NCBI GenBank assembly: GCA_029246415.1 | Contig: JAQWNF010000039.1 | Span: 13,006 to 77,005, forward strand | Length of the DNA stretch: 64,000 bases | Source of the DNA: Glaciecola sp. | GTDB lineage: Bacteria; Pseudomonadota; Gammaproteobacteria; Enterobacterales; Alteromonadaceae | Direction of reading: 5' to 3' | Part shown: positions 38,417 to 50,381 of the stretch, in pieces | Layout of the letters: each line of letters opens with the position of its first letter | Numbering within the stretch: the stretch's first letter is position 1 | The notes under the pieces: generated by a model | The model's database searches: none | The model's input: the letters and a program-made list of their open reading frames with translations, nothing else | What the model was told of the DNA's origin: nothing | Program-made: the position numbers and the translations under genes

Positions 38417-38762
38417 TTACATTACTAGTTTAAAGCCCAGTTTATACTGGGCTTTTTTTGTTTTCATGTTTTTATTACTACGCGAATAACTCACCAATGT
38501 TTCCCAAGCAACACGTTGTAATATAGTCGCGTCTGCGTGTGAAAGATCTGCTGTATAAGGTAAACCAATTGGGGATTGTTGATAAAAGGCAGCATAAAAC
38601 ATGCAAGCTGCTAAATAGGTCCCGGCGAGGCTAGGATGTTTAATGTCTTTTTTGTAAAGGATATTGTGTATTAATTGTGGCAAACGCCAGTCCAACTGGA
38701 ATTAGCATGACTTGATACGTTTGGGTTTCAGCGGCATAAGCATCCAGTAACGGCTTGGTCAT
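38417..38762 (-). pseudogene. Remnant of an SGNH/GDSL-like hydrolase gene (frameshifted, N-terminally truncated)
   Basis: Two overlapping minus-strand frames. 38762-38640 encodes MTKPLLDAYAAETQTYQVMLIPVGLAFATINTQYP.... 38695-38417 encodes ...LYKKDIKHPSLAGTYLAACMFYAAFYQQSPIG (block V DxxH-like). No room for the N-terminal catalytic block. Confidence 0.4.
38433..38460 (+). terminator. Rho-independent terminator after pckA
   Basis: Stem aagcccag (38433-40) / ctgggctt (38447-54), followed by a T-run to 38459. Confidence 0.85.
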
Positions 38763-38863
38763 TTTTGGGTCATTTAATATCGTTCTAGCGCCTCACATTC
38801 CCTAATATTATTATTTTTACTCTACTAATCGACCTGCTAAAATTCTTTAACTCGACATATCTA

Positions 38864-39865
38864 TTAATCTAAATACGGCGGTTGTGTTAGATAATCTACG
38901 GCATAAATCTGCTGCATAGAAGCAGTCGCAATATTGCCACCAGACAACATAACGAGTACAGTTTGTCCTTTAGGCTGGTCGGTTAACCATGCCACTGCCC
39001 CTGCCATCGTCATGCAACATGTAGGCTCGATATGGAGTTTTAATAAATGTTGTAGCCATTGTGTCCAATAAGCAATTTGCGTCTCATTGACTTCATAAAA
39101 GCCATCTAATTGTTGTAAAAACTCAAAGGTAATATCGCCAACGGCTGGTGTCGCTGCTCCGTCGGCTAAGGTTTGTGCTGGTGTAGGTAGGGTGTAAATA
39201 CTGCCCTGTTGTAGTGATATGGAGGCATCATTGGCATTTTCAGGTTCGACTCCAATCATTTGCGCATTAGGAAGTAACGCCCTCGTAGTTAATAATGCAC
39301 CACTGGTTAAGCCTCCGCCTCCGCAAGGCGTAAAAACAGCATCAATCGCATGCTCAGAAGTTTGGCTAATAGCTTCTAATACTGCTGTCCCTTGTCCTGC
39401 AATAATATCGGAATGGTTAAATGGCGGGATCCATAGCACCCCTTCGGCCTCAGCCGCTGCAGATACCGCCGCATCCGCTTCTAATCGCGTTGGAAATAAA
39501 TGTAATTGTGCGCCGTAATCTAGTGTTGCTGCGGCTTTTACGGGAGAAATGGATTCAGTGGAATAAATATCAACAGGAATGTTGAGCATGCTGCCAGCAT
39601 ATGCCACAGCTTGAGCATGATTTCCCGATGAGTTAGCGACAATGCGTTGAGGTAGCGAGTGGGTTTGACAATAATGATGTAAAAAATTAGTCGCACCACG
39701 GAGTTTAAATGAGCCTGTGCGTTGTAAGCATTCGGCTTTAAATAGTACCGTATGGCCTAACCAGGCATTGAGTAACGAAGACGTGACCACAGGAGTTTGG
39801 GTGACATGTGCTTTAATGCGTTCAAAAGCCGCTTGTACATCAGTGAAGTCAGGTAGGGTTGGCAT
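38864..39865 (-). CDS. PLP-dependent threonine/serine dehydratase family enzyme
   Basis: 333 aa. PLP-lysine motif TGSFKLRGA, SSGNHAQAVA, glycine loop GGGGL. Confidence 0.8.
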   Translation of the reverse strand: MPTLPDFTDVQAAFERIKAHVTQTPVVTSSLLNAWLGHTVLFKAECLQRTGSFKLRGATNFLHHYCQTHSLPQRIVANSSGNHAQAVAYAGSMLNIPVDIYSTESISPVKAAATLDYGAQLHLFPTRLEADAAVSAAAEAEGVLWIPPFNHSDIIAGQGTAVLEAISQTSEHAIDAVFTPCGGGGLTSGALLTTRALLPNAQMIGVEPENANDASISLQQGSIYTLPTPAQTLADGAATPAVGDITFEFLQQLDGFYEVNETQIAYWTQWLQHLLKLHIEPTCCMTMAGAVAWLTDQPKGQTVLVMLSGGNIATASMQQIYAVDYLTQPPYLD

Positions 39866-40015
39866 TGCTCATCTCATTACAGGGCATTTGATTATGAGTA
39901 ATATTAAATTATAAGCTACACTCTGTGCAATCAGAATTAAAGCAAGTGCACAATGAGTAAAATATTAGTGAGCACAAAATCAGTGCATGACAAGTAATTG
40001 ACAAGGAGTACAGTG

Positions 40016-40390
40016 ATGGGATTATTTAGTGGGATATTGGGTAATGCGGCAGAGATTGATATCGATGATATCCAAGAAGATCTGGCCCCTGTGTTAGCTA
40101 ATGGGGAAAGCGTCACGAATGCGTATAAACTCTTACGCGACATGATCATTTTTACGTCCAATCGCTTGATTTTAATCGACAAGCAAGGTGTGACGGGTAA
40201 AAAAGTCGAATACCATAGCATTCCGTATAAGGCGATTACCCAGTTTAAAGTCGAAACGGCAGGGCGCTTTGATATGGAATCAGAATTAAAAATTTATGTA
40301 TCAGGTCAAGCTAGTCCGATGGAAATCACCATGACACCTGACTGCGCCATGGGAGTGCAGCAATCCCTTGCTAATAATATGTTTAGTTAG
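40016..40390 (+). CDS. Bacterial PH-domain protein (YokE-like)
   Basis: ATG at 40016, preceded by aaggag (40003-08). The ORF track uses TTG at 39998. MGLFSGILGNAAEIDIDDIQEDL...DMIIFTSNRLILID is typical of this small PH-like family. Confidence 0.6.
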   Translation: MGLFSGILGNAAEIDIDDIQEDLAPVLANGESVTNAYKLLRDMIIFTSNRLILIDKQGVTGKKVEYHSIPYKAITQFKVETAGRFDMESELKIYVSGQASPMEITMTPDCAMGVQQSLANNMFS

Positions 40391-42626
40391 TTAAGTACGT
40401 ATCAAAGTGATGTGTAATGGTTTTAAACATATGAATTTGCGTGTTTTTACCTCGGATACTGTGTTTTTTCCCGGGGTAATCCATGACGTGAAATAACTTC
40501 GCGTTATCTTGCAGATGTTTATATAACTTAGTCGCATGCGTAAATAATACGTTGTCGTCGGCCATCCCATGATAAATCAGTAGGTCGCCTTGCAAGTTGT
40601 TAGCATAAGGAAAGACCGAGGCAGCATCGTACGCGGCTTTATCGGTATTTGGGTTACCCATATAGCGCTCGGTGTAATGCGTATCGTATAAGCGCCACTC
40701 AGTGACCGGAGCACCAGACACACCTGCGGCAAAATACTCCGGCGCTTTGAACATTGCCATCAGACTCATGTAACCACCATAACTATGACCATATACCCCA
40801 ATATTATCTGGGTCGACATAATCAAGCGTCCGTAAAAAATCGACACCGCGTTTTTGGTCATCGATTTCCACACTTCCCATCGCTTTAAAAATCGGATCTT
40901 CAAACGCTTTACCACGGTAATACGAACCGCGATTATCAATGCTAAACACGACATAGCCTTGTTGCGCCCAGTACTGGAACATTAAGCCGCGATTTCCAGC
41001 CCATTTATTGGTGACGACTTGCGCTCTAGGTCCACCATAATGATAGACAATAACAGGGTGTTTCCCCGAAATATTAGCTGGTTTGTAGAGGCGATAATGC
41101 AGCTCAGTACTATTAGCATTAGTCGCGGATGTGTTAATCGTACCAAACTCAGGTGCAATCCACGCCGATGCATACGGCGCTAGCGGGTGACTATCATTGA
41201 CGAGGTTTTGATCCAACCAAGTGATAAACTTACCACTTGCAGCATATAATCCAGTTTGAGCTGGAGTATTAATATCGGAAAAGACATCAACATAAATTGA
41301 TGCGTCTCTGGCAAATTTAACATCGTGATGTTTGCCTAGTTGGGTGACGCGTTTGATTGTGGCTGTTTGCATATTTACCGCATACACGTGTGATTCTAGA
41401 GGCGTATCTTTACGTCCATTGATATAGATAGACCCGTTAGATTCATCGACTGCTGCAATACTGGTAACAACCCAATCACCGCTAGTGAGTTGACGGAGGA
41501 GTTCGCCGTTATTACGATATAAGTACAAGTGTTTAAACCCATCTCGCTCCGATGCCCAGATGAACGCATCTTGTTGACTTAAAAAATGTAAATCATCATG
41601 CAGGTTTAGCCAGGTATCGCTGCGTTCGGTCAATAACCTAGTGCTAGCTTTTGTGGCAAGATCGTAACCAAATAACTGTAATGTTTGCTGGTTGCGTGAT
41701 TGGACTTGATACGTAAGCAGCTCACTGCTGTTTGACCATTGTACTCTAGGTAAATAAATATCTGGATTATCACCTAAGTTAATGGCTTGGCGTTGTTGCG
41801 ATGTAATGTTCTGTACGTAAAGTTCAAGCAACACATTGGGTGTACCTGCTTTTGGGTATTTTTGTGTAATCGTGGTAATACGTTCAGCGTAAATCTCCGA
41901 GCGGGTAATCACATCTACAGGTGTTTCATCCACTCGAGTAAAAGCGATGTGAGATTCATCGGGCGCCCACCAATACCCCGTTAACTGGCTCATTTCTTCT
42001 TGAGCGACGAACTCAGCCATACCATACTTGATATTTCCGCCGCCTTGCGTTGTGACAGCTTGTTCAGTATTGCTAGCAATATGTTTGATGTAGAGATTTT
42101 GCTCACGAATGAAGGAAATGTAATTACCTTTTGGAGAAAGCTTAATATCAGTCTCAAACTCAGGTGTATCTAGTAGTTGTTGGGCTTTTTTGGCACCAAT
42201 GCGGTAATAAAACACATCACCGGCTAATGGAAACAACAGGGCAGTACCATCGGCTGACCAGCTGTACGATAAAATACCAGAGCCTGACACACGCATTCTT
42301 TCTCTTCGTGCTTTTTCTTCATCTGATAAGTTTTCATCACCTTGATGCAAATCATCGGCATCAAACAACAAGCGAGATTGGTCATCTTTAATATTGTATT
42401 CCCACAAGTCAAAACGACTGTTATCTGTCGCTTTTGCACGAATAAAGGTAACACGTTGGCCATCTGGAGATAGTTTCACCATCGATGGCGCAGTACCTTG
42501 TAATGCCGGAGCTGAAAAAATCCGTTCTATGTCTAACGGCGCTGTATCAGCAGCAAAAACATAATTGTTGCTGAAACTTAAAGCGATAAATAGGGCGGTG
42601 ACGATCATTAGTAGGTTATTTTTCAT
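40383..42626 (-). CDS. Dipeptidyl-peptidase IV / S9B prolyl oligopeptidase family serine peptidase
   Basis: 747 aa. Signal peptide, DPPIV_N-like propeller region. Catalytic triad motifs GHSYGGYM (Ser), HGMADDNV (Asp), PGKKHSI (His). Confidence 0.88.
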   Translation of the reverse strand: MKNNLLMIVTALFIALSFSNNYVFAADTAPLDIERIFSAPALQGTAPSMVKLSPDGQRVTFIRAKATDNSRFDLWEYNIKDDQSRLLFDADDLHQGDENLSDEEKARRERMRVSGSGILSYSWSADGTALLFPLAGDVFYYRIGAKKAQQLLDTPEFETDIKLSPKGNYISFIREQNLYIKHIASNTEQAVTTQGGGNIKYGMAEFVAQEEMSQLTGYWWAPDESHIAFTRVDETPVDVITRSEIYAERITTITQKYPKAGTPNVLLELYVQNITSQQRQAINLGDNPDIYLPRVQWSNSSELLTYQVQSRNQQTLQLFGYDLATKASTRLLTERSDTWLNLHDDLHFLSQQDAFIWASERDGFKHLYLYRNNGELLRQLTSGDWVVTSIAAVDESNGSIYINGRKDTPLESHVYAVNMQTATIKRVTQLGKHHDVKFARDASIYVDVFSDINTPAQTGLYAASGKFITWLDQNLVNDSHPLAPYASAWIAPEFGTINTSATNANSTELHYRLYKPANISGKHPVIVYHYGGPRAQVVTNKWAGNRGLMFQYWAQQGYVVFSIDNRGSYYRGKAFEDPIFKAMGSVEIDDQKRGVDFLRTLDYVDPDNIGVYGHSYGGYMSLMAMFKAPEYFAAGVSGAPVTEWRLYDTHYTERYMGNPNTDKAAYDAASVFPYANNLQGDLLIYHGMADDNVLFTHATKLYKHLQDNAKLFHVMDYPGKKHSIRGKNTQIHMFKTITHHFDTYLTN

Positions 42627-42709
42627 ATTATTACCTTATCGTTACATGACTTTATAAGGCGCATAATTTACCATGTTTGCATTAGCGGATAAAAAATAAT
42701 TAATAAACG

Positions 42710-43342
42710 ATGAGCGATATTAGAAAAACGGCCTGTGTGATAGGGGCAAGTGGGTTAGTAGGTAAAGAATTAGTGAATCAATTATTACGCCATCCTGGTT
42801 ACAAATCCATCACGTGTTTGGTGAGACGGCCGTTATCGAGTCAACATTACCCCGATCCAGAGGGCAAGCTTCAGCCGGTGGTAATTGACTTTGAACAGTT
42901 ACAAGATTACCAAGGATACTTTACCGTTGACCATGTATTTTGTTGCTTAGGTACCACCATCAAAAAAGCCCAAAGTCGTGCGGCATTTAGACGCGTCGAT
43001 TTTGAATTTATTCATGTCTGCGCTCAATTAGCACGAGCTCAACGGTCACAAGGATTTGTATGGATATCGAGTGTCGGTGCGAACAAAAACAGCAAAAACT
43101 TCTATCTAAAAGTCAAAGGTGAGCTGGAGTCGTCGATTATTTCTATGCCGCAATTACAGCATGCCGCAGCAGTGCGACCTTCATTATTAATCGGTCCGCG
43201 CAATGAGTATCGTCGTGCCGAGCAATGGTCAATTACAATAGCCAAAGTATTATCGTTTTGTTTTGTAGGGCCTTTAGCTAAATATAAACCCGTCCATGTA
43301 AGCGCTGTTGCAGCGCAAATGATAAAGCTGCAACCGTTGTAG
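42710..43342 (+). CDS. NAD(P)H-binding (atypical SDR / HTATIP2-like) oxidoreductase
   Basis: 210 aa. Rossmann motif VIGASGLVGKEL. Confidence 0.6.
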   Translation: MSDIRKTACVIGASGLVGKELVNQLLRHPGYKSITCLVRRPLSSQHYPDPEGKLQPVVIDFEQLQDYQGYFTVDHVFCCLGTTIKKAQSRAAFRRVDFEFIHVCAQLARAQRSQGFVWISSVGANKNSKNFYLKVKGELESSIISMPQLQHAAAVRPSLLIGPRNEYRRAEQWSITIAKVLSFCFVGPLAKYKPVHVSAVAAQMIKLQPL

Positions 43343-43389
43343 CCTTTATTATTAGATAATCTTTATTTTCAATTAATGACGTTTGGAGT

Positions 43390-43902
43390 ATGACATTGGA
43401 CAACGTATGGGTTGCTGAAGCATTTGGTTTTTCAGCAATTTTATTTAATATTGTGGGATATCGCAGCAATAATATGCGTAGTTATCTGATATTATCCGGC
43501 GGTGCGATGCTCTGTTTAAGTGCGCATTTCTTTATGTTAGATGCGATGGCAGCGGGTATTGGTTGTGGATTAGCAGCAATTCGAAATGCAGTGACGTTAG
43601 CGGTAAGAGGCACTTGGGTGCTGGTGTTATTTATCAGTTTAAGTATCGGTTTTTTTATCTATGAGTGGGTAATTTTGCAGCATGGATACATTATTTTGCT
43701 GGCATATACGTCATCGTTTATATTCACCGCTGGCTCGATTTTGTTTACGGATGTGGCTTTGATGCGTCGCTGGTTTATATTTGCAGAAAGTATAGGCCTT
43801 GTTTATGCGTTAGCGGTTGGCAGTATATTCGGCTCGGTTTTTAATACCGTTAATTTATGTAGTATTGCAATAAAAATGTGGCAACAACGCCAACACAAAT
43901 AA
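43390..43902 (+). CDS. YgjV-family inner-membrane protein
   Basis: 170 aa with about 5 TM helices. N-terminal AEAFGFSAILFNIVGYRSNN resembles YgjV-like proteins. Confidence 0.55.
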   Translation: MTLDNVWVAEAFGFSAILFNIVGYRSNNMRSYLILSGGAMLCLSAHFFMLDAMAAGIGCGLAAIRNAVTLAVRGTWVLVLFISLSIGFFIYEWVILQHGYIILLAYTSSFIFTAGSILFTDVALMRRWFIFAESIGLVYALAVGSIFGSVFNTVNLCSIAIKMWQQRQHK

Positions 43903-43906
43903 AAAA

Positions 43907-43940
43907 ACCACTGTATCGTTGCCGATGCAGTGGTTTTGTA
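43907..43940. terminator. Bidirectional terminator between ygjV-like and exbD-like genes
   Basis: 12-bp stem accactgtatcg / cgatgcagtggt (one G:U pair), flanked by A7 and T4. Confidence 0.75.
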
Positions 43941-43955
43941 TGCAATCAAATATCG

Positions 43956-44363
43956 TTACTTTTTGTCTTTAACGAGTACTGAAACTTTATTGATACCCGC
44001 AACTTTAGCTTGGTTCATTACTTCAACTACAATGCCATGCTCAGTATCTTCATGAGCTTGGATAGCAGCTGAGTCAGTGTTATTTTCAGCTAAGAAAGTT
44101 TGGATATTGGCAACAACACGACGAATGTCGACTTCACGACCGTTCATCTTAATCACGCCAAGCTCATCAATTTGAATAGACAAAGACTTGCTTGGTTGTT
44201 GTGATTCAGTGTTATCTTTAGGACGACTAGCTTCTAGTCCTCTTTCCTTTACAAATGACGTTGTCACAATAAAGAATATCAACATGATGAAAACGATGTC
44301 TAACATCGGGGTCATATCAATCTGAGCTTCGTCATCACTTGAGGTATGCTTTTTTCTTTTCAT
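43956..44363 (-). CDS. ExbD/TolR-family biopolymer transport protein (orphan)
   Basis: 135 aa. IDMTPMLDIVFIMLIFFIVTTSF TM motif and periplasmic domain. No exbB/tolQ or tonB adjacent. Confidence 0.8.
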   Translation of the reverse strand: MKRKKHTSSDDEAQIDMTPMLDIVFIMLIFFIVTTSFVKERGLEASRPKDNTESQQPSKSLSIQIDELGVIKMNGREVDIRRVVANIQTFLAENNTDSAAIQAHEDTEHGIVVEVMNQAKVAGINKVSVLVKDKK

Positions 44364-44476
44364 AGCCTATTTTTCTTATTCCTTAAAAACATTTCAGACC
44401 ATAGTATAAAGAAAATCTCAAAAATGGGTAGGGGTTTGTAAACAGAATTTAAATTTTTTTGCATTGAAGCAGTAAA

Positions 44477-45277
44477 TTAACGCAAAGATTGACCTAGCCA
44501 GCTAAAATACGTGAGCAATTGATGGTTAATTTCAAGTCGAGTTTGCCCAGTTGGATAGGCGCCGGCTTTAGCTAAAGTCGATTGTTTTGTTCCTGATACT
44601 AAAAAGTGGTTAGTAATGGCGTTATCTTGAATCAAAGATTCAAACGCTCTCGCACAGAGTTCTTCGGGTTTGGTAAAGTACACTCCACCGAATTGCTCAT
44701 CGAGTTTTTTTGCCTGATAGAAAAACTCACTGGGTTGGGATTTATCATGACTGAGTAATATCTGAGTAAAGCATTCTGCAAGTTGCACATTCAGCGGGTG
44801 CTCAATTAGCGGCTGATGATGTAAATATCCGACGGAGGCAAACATGGAGGAAGGCGCATCTCGATACATTTTTTGTCCGATGTAATGGTCAAAGGCGTGA
44901 AACCATTCATGGGCTAGACTGCCTGCTCCGGCATTTTTGGCTAAACTGATTTCGTGCTTTGCTGGGGTATAGTGCGCGCAAACACCTTGTCTTCCGCCTT
45001 TACCAAATGCAATCGCTAAGCGTCCTTTGAGTGATATTACTTGTTCTGGAACTTGCAAAATATCACACAAGTCATAAAGCGCATCAAAAAATAAGTTCGC
45101 TGCGATTTGCTGCTCTTCCGCGCTAACCCAACGCCCAATTTCAATCGTGCGAAAGCCAAATAATTTTAGGATGTCTTTGAAGCTTACATCTGCGCCATCA
45201 CGATGAGACTGCCCATTACGGAAAAAACCTTGATGTAAACGCGACGTTGCCTCCATTATATTCGGCTCTGACCCCAT
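44477..45277 (-). CDS. Uncharacterised HExxH-motif (zincin-like) protein
   Basis: 266 aa with no signal peptide. HEWFH at 44897-44911 in the context GAGSLAHEWFHAFDHY. The ATG overlaps the fldA stop (TAATG on the minus strand at 45275-45279). Confidence 0.6.
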   Translation of the reverse strand: MGSEPNIMEATSRLHQGFFRNGQSHRDGADVSFKDILKLFGFRTIEIGRWVSAEEQQIAANLFFDALYDLCDILQVPEQVISLKGRLAIAFGKGGRQGVCAHYTPAKHEISLAKNAGAGSLAHEWFHAFDHYIGQKMYRDAPSSMFASVGYLHHQPLIEHPLNVQLAECFTQILLSHDKSQPSEFFYQAKKLDEQFGGVYFTKPEELCARAFESLIQDNAITNHFLVSGTKQSTLAKAGAYPTGQTRLEINHQLLTYFSWLGQSLR

Positions 45278-45813
45278 TAAATTAAGTTGAGTTCTGCTAA
45301 TATTTGTTCACACCATTTAGCGATACGTGAATCACTTTCATCAAACTGGTTTTCATCGTCTAACGATAAGCCGACAAAATAGCTTTTGTCTTCGGTTAAT
45401 GCTTTTGAGGCAACAAAGTCATATCCCTCATTTGGCCAGTAGCCTACTATATCTGCACCATTTGGCACAATCACATCATGTAACATACCGACAGCATCTT
45501 GAAACCAATCAGCGTATCCTAGTTGGTCACCTAACCCAAAAATAGCAGCAGTCTTTCCAGTGAAATCAACCCCGTGGATATCATCCCAGTGTGCTTCCCA
45601 GTCTTCTTGTAGCTCACCAAAATCCCATGTCGATATGCCTAACAACACAATATCAAATTGTGCGATGTCATCTAATGAGGTGTCTTTGATATTTAGCAAG
45701 GGGATATCTAGATCGGGACAAAGCCCTTCAAGTTGCGCTTTTATCTTTTCTGCTGCCATTTCGGTATAGCAGGTAGTGGAACCATAAAACAATCCAATAT
45801 TGTGCTCAGCCAA
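45277..45813 (-). CDS. fldA: Long-chain flavodoxin
   Basis: 178 aa. IGLFYGSTTCYTEMAAEKI FMN-phosphate loop, STWDFGELQEDW, long-chain insertion. Confidence 0.9.
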   Translation of the reverse strand: MAEHNIGLFYGSTTCYTEMAAEKIKAQLEGLCPDLDIPLLNIKDTSLDDIAQFDIVLLGISTWDFGELQEDWEAHWDDIHGVDFTGKTAAIFGLGDQLGYADWFQDAVGMLHDVIVPNGADIVGYWPNEGYDFVASKALTEDKSYFVGLSLDDENQFDESDSRIAKWCEQILAELNLI

Positions 45814-45901
45814 CGTCGATTACCTTTTGTTATGAGTGTGCAGTTGTATGTGGCGCATGATAGCAAAAAAGTAGATAAAAAGCAGCGCTCTGCGAAGTCA
45901 C

Positions 45902-47803
45902 TTAATCTGCTGTAAAGGTGATTTTATCGCCTTGATTGGTAACAATACTGCACACTGTCGTGTCGTTCGATGCATTTGCCTCAGGGTCGAGTTCGAGCCA
46001 GCCTATAGCGGGAATGTTGAGTAACTCCCTACCGGTATAACCATCAGGCTCACGCGCAATAATTTTCATATCGCGGCGTTTAGTCAGCATATTTAATGGT
46101 GATTTGGTCGAATATAACCACTTGTTCAGTGTATCTAGTTTGGTTATTAGCTTAGTAGGAAAGGCATTCTTCAGGCCACTACAGGTAAATTGTAAAATTT
46201 GTGGTGAATGTTTTTTAAACCGTAATCGCACATCGTACACGAATGAATAATGGACATCGCCACTCAAAATAATAAAGCGCGGTGGTGTGCGTGCGTGTTT
46301 AAAGATGTTAAGCATCACGTTGGCAGTGCCTTTATGGGCCATCCAGTTTTCGGCATCGACCATTAACGCTTGGCCAATTAACGTAAAAAATTTCTGGATC
46401 GCTTCGATTAACTTCACCCCATAAATCGGCGCAGCTGACACTACAATCACGTCTTTTTTGCCTAAGATTGATTGTTGAAACTCAACCAATGATTCCCAAT
46501 CCATCAAACCGGATGGTTTATTCGCGCTGGACTCTGACCGCCAGCGCCGCGTTCTGGTATCAAGCACGCGTACGGGAGGGTGAGTATCGAGTTGGTAGTG
46601 CCATTTTTGCCATTCAAACAATGCATCACACAGCTCGTCATGTTGCTCAATGCCATCACTAGCAAAATGCGTTTGTGTGGTATGACATAAACTCTTTGTT
46701 ACTACAGGTTGATTACCTAGCCCTTGGCACAGCCAATAACCGATTAATGCGTTGCCAATTATCCGTCGTGAAAAAGGATGGCCATAGACATCTTCTTCCC
46801 ATGAACGGGTTAAATTCCAGTCGTCAGTGACGTCGTGATCATCAAAGATATAGTAATTCGGTACATGCGCTAGTGCTCGCTGAACTGCAGGTAAGCTGCT
46901 GATAAACTCCTCAATAACGGGCAGTTCTTTGGCAAATAGCTCCGCAGCTTTACTGGGCAGTTGAGCATTCGATAGTTTGGTGAATTGCCATAATGTATCA
47001 GACCAGGTCAATAGATACATACCGATGATTTCAGCAAAGCTCATTAGGTGATTTTGAGCATTGACCGAGGTGAAAATGGGTTTGCGTTTACCTTTAAATA
47101 AGCTCGCAATGACATCTTCATTCGCCTCTGTATCGGGCAGTAGTTGCTCGCGTTGGTAAAACATGTCCGATTGGGATAGTAATTCTCCGGCACTTTCAAT
47201 CGTCGTGCCGTCAAAACGCTCATCCCATAAACCTAGGCGCTCAATTATTTGATGAACGGCTTGTAACATAGGTCCTGACACATCATCGGCGTAGATTTGA
47301 TCACCAGTAAAAAACACAACATCAGGTGCTTGTTCGGGGTGTGCATTCCCATTCTGGATTAAGTTGTCTAGTTGCGGGAGTGCATCGCTATCTGAGTGAT
47401 GTGGTTTGCGGCAAGAGCCATGCAGTACGTTGCGTAATTTATTTGGAACACGAAAGTGAAAATATTGTTGTCCCGAATAGAGTAAGTCAGGGCGTTGCTG
47501 TGTAATACTTCGCTCAGGTTCTTGTGTAGCGTCAGACGATGGCTCAGTAGTATGACGGATAAGCTCGACATCGTATGCGTACTGCGTATCTGGTGCTAAT
47601 AGATCCGTTTGATGTATATGTAATAAATGAATAAAGGCATGAGTGCCGACTTGATAATAAATGTGTTCGCTATTGTCATCTTGACATAAAGAAACAGAGG
47701 TATAATCTTGCTCCGCCACAAGATACAATGCAAGAACAGGTTGGCAGGGGGAACTCGTTACTAGCCAAATGGTAAACTCATCGGCACTGACATGGCGCAA
47801 CAT
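45902..47803 (-). CDS. PhoD-like metallophosphoesterase family protein (no export signal)
   Basis: 633 aa. Motifs FFTGDQIYADD, IFDDHDVTDDWN, LSGDVHYSF. The N-terminus MLRHVSADEFTIWLV has no Sec or Tat signal. Confidence 0.65.
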   Translation of the reverse strand: MLRHVSADEFTIWLVTSSPCQPVLALYLVAEQDYTSVSLCQDDNSEHIYYQVGTHAFIHLLHIHQTDLLAPDTQYAYDVELIRHTTEPSSDATQEPERSITQQRPDLLYSGQQYFHFRVPNKLRNVLHGSCRKPHHSDSDALPQLDNLIQNGNAHPEQAPDVVFFTGDQIYADDVSGPMLQAVHQIIERLGLWDERFDGTTIESAGELLSQSDMFYQREQLLPDTEANEDVIASLFKGKRKPIFTSVNAQNHLMSFAEIIGMYLLTWSDTLWQFTKLSNAQLPSKAAELFAKELPVIEEFISSLPAVQRALAHVPNYYIFDDHDVTDDWNLTRSWEEDVYGHPFSRRIIGNALIGYWLCQGLGNQPVVTKSLCHTTQTHFASDGIEQHDELCDALFEWQKWHYQLDTHPPVRVLDTRTRRWRSESSANKPSGLMDWESLVEFQQSILGKKDVIVVSAAPIYGVKLIEAIQKFFTLIGQALMVDAENWMAHKGTANVMLNIFKHARTPPRFIILSGDVHYSFVYDVRLRFKKHSPQILQFTCSGLKNAFPTKLITKLDTLNKWLYSTKSPLNMLTKRRDMKIIAREPDGYTGRELLNIPAIGWLELDPEANASNDTTVCSIVTNQGDKITFTAD

Positions 47804-47942
47804 CGGCCCGGCGATTAATAATGGTAAAGATGGAGATTGCTCAAGGCTGTCATCATGCTGGGTTTGAGTTTTAATCGGGAGCTTCCTTAAACTGAACTAT
47901 AACTAATACTTACTATATACAATTACATAAAGACCACAACAT

Positions 47943-50381
<2,439 letters not shown>

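Noticed and set aside
38417-38695. 92-codon ORF treated as an intact hypothetical gene.
   Set aside because: It starts at a TTG with no RBS. Its C-terminus reads through the pckA terminator. Its N-terminal continuation lies in another frame. It is reinterpreted as part of a frameshifted SGNH-hydrolase remnant.
47847-47864. CTGTCAT-CATG-CTGGGTT in the PhoD-like/lipoprotein spacer as a Pho box.
   Set aside because: Only the first heptamer matches. The second repeat is poor, and the element is about 60 nt from the nearest -10-like hexamer, so it is not called as a PhoB site.
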